Assembly: GCF_006345805.1 (NCBI RefSeq) | Contig: NC_043005.1 | Location: 81,964,001 to 82,028,000, forward strand | Direction: 5' to 3' | DNA length: 64,000 nt | Origin: Octopus sinensis | Taxonomy: Eukaryota | In this document: positions 52,808-64,000 of the stretch, piece by piece | Position numbering within the stretch: the first letter of the stretch is position 1 | Layout: each line of letters opens with the position of its first letter | The notes under the pieces: model-generated | Databases searched by the model: none | What the model saw: only the letters and a program-made list of their open reading frames with translations | What the model was told of the DNA's origin: nothing | Translations under genes and position numbers: made by a program

Positions 52808-53200
52808 TGTTTTACTCTCTTACTTGTTTCAGTCATTTGACTGTGGCCATGCTGGAGCACCGCCTGTAGTCGAGCAAATCGACCCCAGAACTTATTATTT
52901 GTAAGCCTAGTACTTATTCTATCAGCTTCTTTTTGCCCAACCACTAAGTTACGGTGACGTAAACACACCAGCATCGGTTGTCAAGCGACACAAACACAGA
53001 CACACAAACATACACACACACACACACACGTATATATCTACACGACGGGCTTCTTTCAGTTTCCGTCTACCAAATCCACTCACAAAGCTTTGGTTAGCTC
53101 GAGGCTCTAGCAGAGGACACCTGCCCAAGGTGCCACGCAGTGGGACTGAACCCGGAAGCATGTGACTCGTAAGCAAGCTACTTACCACACAGCCACTTCT
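52808..53200 (-). mobile_element. Family C SINE, full length
   Basis: Reverse complement of the 21367-21713 element, including the tail. Confidence 0.9.
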
Positions 53201-53535
53201 GTATACAATAAATACATCAGTGTGTACTCGTGTCGTGTACGTGTGTACGTGTGAGTGCGTGAATGCATACAGAATACCTTGGTTGGAATGTTTAGTCTAT
53301 CACTTAAAGTCTTAACTACGAGTAATCCACAGATGGTTGTGCTGTTAACATCAAGTTTCTTCCGCCTATCTTCGGGTGTCTTTAGTCTTCCCCGATCACT
53401 TCATTCTCGACTTTCACCTGGAGAAGTTAAATATATACGTTACGATGGATTATAGAAAATATAAAAAAGAAAACTACCAACAGCGTAAATAAAACTTAGG
53501 AATGGTAAAAAAAAATAGTAATATTTCGTTGTTTT

Positions 53536-53882
53536 ACACACACACAACCACACACACGCATACACACACATGCACACACACACACACACCCGTACACATA
53601 CATACACAAATACACACACACACAAGCATACATACACGTACACGCATACATGCACGTACACACACAAGCGCGCTTACACACACACGCATACACACACAAA
53701 CACTTACGCATACACAAACACGCACACGCGCGTACACATACATACACACACACAAGCATACACACGCAAATACACACACACAAGCTTACATACACATTTA
53801 CGCATACATACACGCACGCACACACACACGCGCGCACACACAAACACGATACACACACATACACACACATACACATACACAT
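53536..53882. repeat. Degenerate (CA)n field, followed by a family C tail remnant (53888-54070)
   Basis: Read directly from the sequence. Confidence 0.9.
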
Positions 53883-54302
53883 ATTCATCTTTTATCTTTT
53901 ACTTCTCTCAGTCATTGGACTGCGGCCATGCCGGATCAGTTTGAAAGGTTTATTCAAACAAATTAATCCTTATCTTTCGTAATTACTGCATCCATATCTT
54001 TTGTCGAACTTCTAGGTCACGCAAACGTAAAAAACCAACACTGGTTTTCAAGCTATTTTGAGGGACAAAGACAAATAGAAAAACACAACATACTGCATAC
54101 ACGCACACGCACCACACACACACCATATACACACACAAACACATACACACCTGCACACACCCATATATAACCCATTCATACATACATTCATACACACACA
54201 CATACAAGTATGCACACGAACACATATCCAGCCACACACACACAGCCCCCACCCACCACACATATGTGTGCATATTGTAAAATTGGTCTGCTCCGGCTAT
54301 AT

Positions 54303-54697
54303 TCTTTTCTACTCTAGGCACAAGGTCGGAAATTTGGTGGGAGGGGCCAGTCGATTAGATCAACTCCAGTACGCGACTGATACTTGATTTATCGATCCCG
54401 AAAGGATGAAAGGCAAAGTCGACCTCGGCGGAATTTGAACTCAGAACGTATCGGTAGACGAAATACCTATTTCTTTACTACACACAAGGTGCTATACACA
54501 GAGGGGACAAACAAGGACAGATAAATGGATTAAGTCGATTACATCGACCCCAGTGCGTAACTGGTACTTATTTAATCGATCCCGAAAGGATGAATGACAA
54601 AGTCGAACTCGGCGGAATTTGAACTCAGAACGTAGCGGCAGACGAAATAACGCTGACATTTCGCCCGGCGTGCTAACGAATCTGCCAGCTCGCCGCC
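54303..54697 (-). mobile_element. Dimeric family M SINE
   Basis: Junction at 54467; perfect 16-bp TSD TCTGCTCCGGCTATAT at 54287-54302 and 54699-54714. Confidence 0.92.
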
Positions 54698-55059
54698 TTC
54701 TGCTCCGGCTATATAACAAAACACTTGCCCGAACATACACACATACACATAAATACATGAAGAATTTATTATTATACGCAACAGGCCACGTGCCTCTAAT
54801 CGAAAGGAGTATCACACGCAGCATGTATTAATCTCTACCGTGACTTAATAATCTCTAATTTGCTTGCCATCTGTGACGTTATTATTCATCCATCTATATG
54901 CATATGAATGTTTTTGCGTCCGTATAAATACCGTACACACATACATACCATAGGGCATGTATGTGTGTCCGCTCTTTCGTGTGAGTGAATGCACGCTTGC
55001 TTGCGTGTGCATTTATGCGTGTCTATGCTATATGAGTGTATATGTATGAATATATCTTC

Positions 55060-55460
55060 TTTTATCCTTTTACTTGTTTCAGTCAATTGACTGCGGCCGT
55101 GCTGGAGCACCGCCTTTTTTTAGAATCGACCCCAGGACTTATTCTTTGTAAGCCTAGTAGTTTTCTATCAGTCTTTTTGCTGAACCACGGATGTCAGGTG
55201 ATGGTGGGAGGTGGGGACAAACAGAGAGACATATGCATGCATGCGTCCATACATACATACATACATACATACATATACACACGCATATACACACAAGTAT
55301 ATATGTATATTCGACGGGCTTCTTTCAGTTTCTGTCCAACAAATCCATTTACAAGGCTTCGGTCGGCCCGAGGCTATAACAGGAAGACACATTGTCAAGG
55401 GACCACGCAGTGAGACTGAACCTGGAACCATGTGGTTCGGAAGCATGACCACTCCTACGC
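55060..55460 (-). mobile_element. Family C SINE
   Basis: Tail CTTTTACTTGTTTCAGTC...GCTGGAGCACCGCC, an internal microsatellite, and head GACTGAACCTGGAACCATGTGG. Confidence 0.85.
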
Positions 55461-56964
55461 CTATATATATATGTGTGTGTATATATATGTGTGTATATAT
55501 GTCTGTATTTACATGTGTGTGTGTATACACATATATAAAAGCACCTGTATAGCTCTGATTCGTCGGTCATTTCACAGAAGCATCAGCAGTAGTCCAAATA
55601 GAGCAGCATTTTGTGATATATAGAATTAAAGCTACAAAGGTGCATGTATGTATATATTGATAGATATAGAAACACACTCTTGTATAAATATATGTGCGTT
55701 TGTGTGTGTACTCATTCATAGATGCACGCACATGTTTGTGTGTATGTGTGTATACATTGATAGATAGATATAAATAGGTATACACACATGCACATATGTA
55801 TATGTGTGTATATATTGACAGATATAAATAGATACACATACATGTATGTGTTTGGCTTCATATGCATGTATATATACTAGGTATATGCACCGATTCAACA
55901 GTGCCTCTCTCACGTTTTTTTGTACTTTCTGCATCTACGGCAACTACTTTCTATAGGTGTGTGTGTTCGTGTCTGTGTGCATGTTAATATGTGTTTCAAC
56001 TCGTTCGTGATTCTGTGAATGTCTGTATCAGATAAATTCATTGGTAGTTTAATAGACTGATAAATAGGTAAACATACAGAGAGACAGACAAAGTAATAGA
56101 GAAATAGATTGACAGACAGGCAGACAGATATATATATAGGTCGATAGATAGATAGATAGACAGATAGATAGATAGACAAACGCATAAAGAAGTATTTAGT
56201 TAGACAAAAAGGTAAATACAGGTATCTTCAAGGTGTAACTTATATGATTTGGTATATATCTGAATGTAACACAAGAACTTTCCTTTCGCTGATGGAACCC
56301 GTGTGGAATATGTATTGCGAAATCCGTAACAAAGTATCCAGACGATAAAATTTACGTATATCTGTATCTTAGATGAGTGAATATTTATTTAGGAAGATCT
56401 TACTGATCTTCTGGAATATAAAAGTCTTTGTACAAGTTTGGCATTTGCAAAGATTTGCTTGAATATATATAACTACGCACATATATACTTCCATACATAT
56501 AAGTATGGAAGTACATAAATAAATAAAAGTTAAATAAATGTGTCCCTCTCCCATGTTCCTGCCTTTAGGCTTTTACTTTATACACGCCAGCTCAATCTGA
56601 ATTGTTCTCAGTCGAAAGACGCCTATTGTTATTTCTTGTTGTTGTATTCGTAATTGTGTAACAGGTTCTCCGTTTTTTTTTGTTTTTTCGTCTTTGTTGC
56701 CGTACACATTCCTTAGCTTTCTTACAAAGGGGTCCTAACGCTCTTACCTTAAACTTTTGGGGGCATATCCAGATCGGACTATCTCAGTGTAACTGTCCGA
56801 AATGGTCGTGACTTCTGGGACTTGACTGATGTAAGAAAGCGAAGAATGACCCGTCTTTTTTTGCCTGTCCTTTTAATCGTTGCTTCTGTTGTTCGCCTTT
56901 GTGTCGTCTATCCGTCCGAACGTTTTAATGCCCTCTATTGCGTTGTTGTTCCATTTATACCCCA

Positions 56965-57015
<51 letters not shown>

Positions 57016-57729
57016 TATATATATCACAGGATAGGTTAAATCGGATGATGACAGTACAAAAGTCACGTGGTGTTTAGTAAAGTCTCCCCCACAGTTTTTT
57101 TTTCGGTTTTGTTTTTCCGAGACCAAAATTCGCTGGGTTCCACTTCAAGTTTCAAAATACGGTCGCTTCCTCCGTCCCATTCAAAAACATGTGTTGTTTT
57201 TCCAGAGAGAGAATCAATATACATGGTTTAATGTATTTCATAGAATTTTCTAGAATACGCAGATTAATATAAACGGAATCTTGCTAAAATAATGTCCAAG
57301 AAGCATCTGAACGTGGAGTCTTCCTCGTGGTCGGTGGATCTGCAAAAAATAGAAACCATGTAACCCTAAAATGACAACATTCTTTCTTAAGTAGCTGTTG
57401 CATTAGGGAACTTAATCTTTTTAACAAAGGCGTGATTGTCACAATTAGTGTAACTTTCATTAAAAGTCTCCATTCGATCAGCTTTGTCCTGAAGCTTAGC
57501 GAAGGAAGGACGAGTAAATACTTTTAGCCGTCACTCTTTCAACTACATATATCGACTTTTACTCATTTAAACGATTTACATAATAACATCAACATTTACA
57601 CAGTCATGAGCACAAATTCGCATCAAATGCACGTAAGCATGAATACGCACACGTTTCCGTGCCCCCTACACAGTTATTGGAAAGATACTGGCACCTACGC
57701 ATTTCTTTCTCTCCCTCTCTCTCTCTCTC

Positions 57730-57890
57730 TGTCTTCCATTCTCTGGATCTTTCCTTCTCCTATGTTTCCGACGAAGAGCTCCGCTCGAAACGTTAAACCC
57801 TCCTTCTTTCCTGAGCGTCCAATAATACTATATTTGTTCCACGTCCTCGCGTTGTTGTGTTTTTTTGTGCTTTCTTGTTTGGATTAACTA
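57730..57890 (+). mobile_element. Family H2 copy with hammerhead variant (57764-57798)
   Basis: GTTT-CCGACGA-A-GAGC(TCC)GCTC-GAAACGTT-AAAC, with C at core position 4. It ends in (TA)n. Confidence 0.78.
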
Positions 57891-57924
<34 letters not shown>

Positions 57925-57933
57925 TATATATAT

Positions 57934-57976
<43 letters not shown>

Positions 57977-58010
57977 ATATGCAAACACACACACACATAT
58001 ATATAAAGGT

Positions 58011-58250
58011 GGAGGTGCGTGGCTTAGTGGTTAGGTTGTCAGCATCATGATAGTAAGATTGTGGTTTCGATTCCTGGACCGGGCGACGCGTTGTGTTCTT
58101 GAGCACAAACACTTCATTTCACGTTGCTCGAGTCCACTCAGCTGGCAAAAATGAGTAACGCTGCGATGGACTGGCGTCCCGTCCAGCTAGGGAACACATA
58201 CGACATAGAAACCGGGCCCATGAGTCTGACTAGGCTTTAAAAGGGCGCAT
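58011..58250 (+). mobile_element. tRNA SINE with V-like domain, second subfamily
   Basis: A-box TGGCTTAGTGG and B-box-like GGTTTCGATTCC. It shares AACGCTGCGATGGACTGGCGTCCCG and the tail with 16152 but has a different middle. Confidence 0.85.
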
Positions 58251-58254
58251 TTAT

Positions 58255-58298
<44 letters not shown>

Positions 58299-60075
58299 AT
58301 ATATATGCAAGATTGTATTGATTTTGGTTCGATAACCGATGAAGGATGATCATGCCAGCGTCTTGCGTGTTGTTTGTGATTTTGTCGTCCTTCTGTGCAA
58401 TATGTTACTCTTTGTCTGTCATATATGTATTTATATATGTGTGTACGTGTGTGTATACATATACGGATACTTAGATGTAAATGTGTGCGTCTGTGTATTT
58501 GTGTGTATACGCATGTATCTGTATTAAGTGTGGTGTGTGAGTTTGTGTGTATAATCCTGTGTTTGTTCTAATTAGTTGTTTGATCAGAATATTTGAAAGA
58601 TGTTTGTGGGGCGATATATTATTCTATAAGAAGAATTGTGTTACTTTCTATAAGTGTTGATGTGTAAATCCATGTGAGTATACTGCAGGAGTGTTATCGT
58701 AAATACATGTTTTTTGTTAATATAAGAAAAGGATTGAAGATGTGAGAATATTTTTAAAGTGAATATGAAGCAGTTGGAGATAGATAGGTGCGTACAAGCA
58801 AGAGATTTGTGAGGACAATAGTATATAGAAATATTAATGTAAGAGAATGAATAACGTAAAAACTCCGGTGAAAATAAAACCGGATGCAAAAATGACAGAT
58901 ATGAAGAAATGCAATGAGAAAAGCGCAAGAAATTATGATATATATAAAATGAAGGTAAATAAAATAAAGGAATCAATACATTTATATGGGTGGGAACGAA
59001 AGAACTTGTATTAAAAGAACTTGTATTTAAAAAAAAACAATGGATAAAAAAGAGTTATACGTCAAAATGAGAAAGTGAATGAAAAATATTTTATTCTTTT
59101 ATATTCTGTTGGTTTCAACCAGAAGTTGGAACTATTCTGGGACACCGCCATTAGCGTTAAAGCTTGTTTGTTTTAGACTCATTTCCCGGTTCTACGTCCG
59201 GAACATTAGAGAAAGAAATTTAAAAGGAGAAATATGAAAAACTTGAAAGTGAAAAGAAAAAGTGACAAGAAATAAAAATGATGTGAGAGTGACATGTGCA
59301 GAAGGGAGTGTGAACGATTAGGAGAGAGAAGTGAAATATGAGTGAACGAAAATCTAAGAATAAAAGCATAAATGAAATAAATACATGAACGAGAATGTTA
59401 AAACGCGAAGTGAAAGAAGAGATGAGGTTAATGCGAACGAAAATGAGAGTGAAATTAAAATTGAAAGAAGTAACACGCGGGAAAGAACGGCTGAAAAAGG
59501 TAAAAAAGAAAACAAAACAAGCGGAAGAAACGATAGATATGAAAACGTTAAATGACATGTGGGAAGGAAAGTGAAAGTAAACTGAAGAAAATTAGATATG
59601 TAAAAACGAAAGTAAAAGTGAAATAGAAGAAAATAAATACAACTTAGAAATGGTATAGTTTATTGAAGTGAAGGAAGTACTGTATTCCATTGAGAAGGGA
59701 ATGGTCGAAGCAGTGATGGAGGGACAGGATATCATAAGATAGATAGATAGATAGGGAGAGAGAGAGAGAGAGAGGGGGAAAAATACAGCGTTGCTTCTTT
59801 GAAATATTTTCGTGTTTTGTGTTGACATCTGTTTTGTAGACGCGCGTGCGTCAGAATGAGATGTACGATGGTGTATACAAGTGTGTGCGTTTTAGTGCGT
59901 GTGTGTATGTGTGTGAGTTTGTCTGACACTGTCCGTCCGTAAAGCAGTTTATACATACATACATAATATGTATATATATATAATATTATTTGTATGTATT
60001 TGTATATATGTGTATTATATATATTATATATATATATAATATATATATATATATTATATATATATATATATATTA

Positions 60076-60187
<112 letters not shown>

Positions 60188-60367
60188 ATATATATATATA
60201 CATATATTATACATATATATATATATGTATATATACATACATATATACATATATATATGTATATATACATATAATATATATAATACATCACACATATATA
60301 TGTATATATACATACATACATATATTGATATATACATACATTATCTATGTATATATACATACATACA

Positions 60368-60411
<44 letters not shown>

Positions 60412-61149
60412 CACATATACGTAAATACTATGTGTGTGTGTGGGTGTGTCGCTTCAGTGTGTACTGCGTGTATTTCTCTGTCAACAAGGACGCGAAACGA
60501 TATCAAGATTTTGGTAGGAGATTATAAACATGGCAGTAGTAAAAGTAAGGGGTAGGGTGGGGTGGCTATAGTACCGAGAAGTGAAAGACAAGTAAATGTG
60601 AAGGAGGGGGATTTTCATCTCTTTGTTCTTTTCCTTGTGTTTTGACTCTTTCTTGCCGCCATCTCTTCTCAAATATCTATCAATTTCTCCCTTCTCATAT
60701 TTAAAACTCGATATTCTCTGTTTATTAAAACCAAGAATTACACAAAAGACGCCTGTCTCTCTCTCTCTCTCAGTCCCTCTTTCACTACTTATACATCACT
60801 ATACATCACTTTCTCTCCCCAGACTCTCTCTCTCTTTCATCAGTCACTCTCTTCACTTTCTTTTTCTCACCTTTTAATGCCTACGTTCTCTTCGTTTATT
60901 TCCCTCCTCTAGTCTCTCTATCTTTCCTTCTTTCTCGTTTACTTTCACTTTCGCCATTCATTTCTCCTGTTGATTTCGTCTCCCTCAGTCTCTGTTTGTC
61001 TATCAAATTGTCTATGTGCTTGCCTGTCTATGTATGTCTTTCTATCGCTTGTCTTTTCTCTGTCTCAAAGTTCCTATTATCTCTCATATTCTATATTCCA
61101 CTGCATTCTTCTGTCAATCAATCCCTGTAACTCCATTCACTCGAGACTC

Positions 61150-61195
<46 letters not shown>

Positions 61196-61206
61196 CTGTG
61201 TGAGTT

Positions 61207-61263
<57 letters not shown>

Positions 61264-61851
61264 ACATACACACATACATATAATATATATATATACATGT
61301 ATATATACATAAACAAACACACATACACACACACACATGCACACGCATCCCTCTGTGAGTGCCTTATGTTGCCATAAGGCTATCGTTATTTTTTCATTGT
61401 GTACGTTGCCCTCTCGTGGTTCTCAAGCACTCAAACAACAAACACATGAATTCTATTATTTCTCTACAGTGACACAATGTGGAGAGCCTGTATATGACCA
61501 CACGACCTGCTTGAAACAGCAGCCAGGTAAAATTACACGACAGCATTAAGGAGAAAAAAAAATCGCCGCAAATTGGAGAATGTAGTCTAAGAAGGGAAAG
61601 AAAATGAAAGAATGTTTACAGGAACGATTTTTTTTCTCCCATGATGTGCCTACGCGACTGTGACTGACGTGGAATTAGAACAGGACAGTCACCAACAAAA
61701 CGACTTCAATCATTAGAAGGCAACGAAACTAATTAATATATATATATAAATAAATTAATGAGCAGAGACGAACGATTTACAAAAATATTCGTATAATTGA
61801 AAAAAGAAAAAAAAAATCCATTGTATTTTTTCTGTGTGTATGTGTGTCCGT

Positions 61852-61949
<98 letters not shown>

Positions 61950-63349
61950 ATGTATGCAGACACACACACACGTGTGGCTGTGCGTTACTGATATTAATCA
62001 ACATGTATTTTAATTTTCTTTTTGGGAAAAAAGGACGCAGGATTCAAATAAGATAGTTTTTACATTTGTGTGAATCCATTAAACTTGAAAAACCAATTAC
62101 AATAAAAATCGGGTGTATTTTGCTTTAATCAGGAAGGACTTCATAGTTTGCACAATGTTAGATACATAAACTGGTTGGTTGGCAATCAAACAGAGAGGTC
62201 GTACGGGTTTCGATTTCTCTCCGTTTGTTTTTAATTTTGTTTATTTTTACTTTTGTTTTTGAAAGCGTTGTAAATAAACCGGCTTTTTTCTTTTTCTCTT
62301 CATTTCTTTTTTCTTTTTTTATTTTGTTGACTGTGCAGTTCTGCAAAAGGTTATACTGAAAATAAACAGAAAGACAGGCAGACAGACAGATAGGTAGACA
62401 GATAGAGGGATGGATGGACAGATAAATAAACAGCTACATACAGACATGGGTTATCAGATAGGTATATGGATAAATGGATAGATAGGTAGACATATAGATA
62501 AATGGAAAGATAAACAGCTACATAGAGAGAGAGAGAGAGAGATGTAGAGACAGACATACAGACAGATAGATAGATGGATGGACAGATACAGGGAGAGGTG
62601 GATGGATGAATTGATAGAGAAACTGTTTATTAGATAGATAGATACATGTAGAGATAGGCAGGTACATAGAGTTAGAGACCAAAAGACTACCAATTAGTCG
62701 CGTATAAAAGAGAGATAGACTGACCGATAGATAGACCGATAGATAGACCGCCGTGCTGCCCGGCATTCGCGATCATTAACGGCTCTTGACACACACCTGC
62801 ACTTCAATAAACGACGCATACCTGCACACTGCACACATTACACACATACGCACATTTTTATATGCAGGGCTGTACGTGGTAGCACAAATTGCTAGAAATA
62901 GCAACCAAATCTTTCCAGAGTTGTACTATACTGCCTTACAGAATGATAAATATCGCATTGGAGAATGCAGAACAACAAATGAATAAATAAATGGGATGGT
63001 CATGGCTGGAATGCTATTGATCGAAGGCCCACTCAAACAGGAATGAAAGAGGGTCTAAACGATAAAATCAATATTAACAACTACAAGGATGACGACGATC
63101 ACACCACCTCTACCACGACCACCACCACCGATAACAACAACAACAACAACGGAAATAACAAAACTGTATACTTAGTTACACAGGCACACACTCATACAAT
63201 CACACACGTGCACATACAGGCACAGGTGCATTCTTTCTTTTTTCCACTTTCACTTTCCCTTTCTCACTCTCTCTCATTCTCTCATACAGTCACTCACACA
63301 TATGTGATACACTTCAGATCAAACTTCTGCATACATATGTTTTTAATTG

Positions 63350-63405
<56 letters not shown>

Positions 63406-63441
63406 CTATTACCTGTATAAAATAAAATACTGTAATATATA

Positions 63442-63500
<59 letters not shown>

Positions 63501-63732
63501 ATATATGTATGTATGTCTGTATACATGTATGTATATATGTTATGCATATTAGCGTTGAAATATTATTGAACTAAAAATCCCCATATATGGAATAGTTGAA
63601 TCCAAAATTCAAACGTTTTCATTATATATATATATATTTATATATTTGTCTACTTGCATTCACAGTGTTATCAACGATTTATTTCACGTCTCTCGAAGTT
63701 TCCAAATTCCTATGACGTAAACAACATATGTA

Positions 63733-63763
<31 letters not shown>

Positions 63764-64000
63764 TTACACACGCACACACACATATATATGTGTGTGTGTG
63801 TGTACTTAGATATATACACATACCTCTATGTAAAATACATATGCACGAATAAAACACAAGAAAAAGCCGCATACATCGCTGCACATTCGTCTATCGAATA
63901 CTTACTTTTACAATCATCTCATCATACACTGATTGTAAATAAAGAGGTGTTACCCCGCAAATATATAAAAAAAGAAAGAGACATGGTGAGAGGCTAGGAA

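Overview
AT-rich, microsatellite-saturated eukaryotic non-coding DNA. The repeat repertoire (tRNA-headed SINEs with Meta-like, CORE-like and V-like domains, decayed mariner/Tc1 elements, (TA)n/(TATC)n tracts) looks like octopus intron or intergenic sequence; the taxon is inferred. I can support no intact protein-coding gene. Most listed ORFs are microsatellite read-through and the rest are transposase remnants or unrecognisable. The notable signal is three distinct repeat families carrying minimal type-I hammerhead ribozyme folds with palindromic stem III, the Penelope/retrozyme type. (1) A ~350-nt circularly permuted unit at 5280-5614 and 29636-30199, with a compensatory change in stem I. (2) A ~170-190 bp element at 10499-10690 and 57730-57890. 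(3) A fold-back element at 45994-46305 whose core reads GUGAACA, i.e. the C3-G8 pair swapped to G3-C8. Decayed Penelope-like RT/GIY-YIG remnants occur nearby. The window also holds many long fold-back repeats, a dimeric SINE with a fixed junction, and one SINE family found in only one orientation. All folds and alignments were done by eye; coordinates of degenerate elements are approximate.
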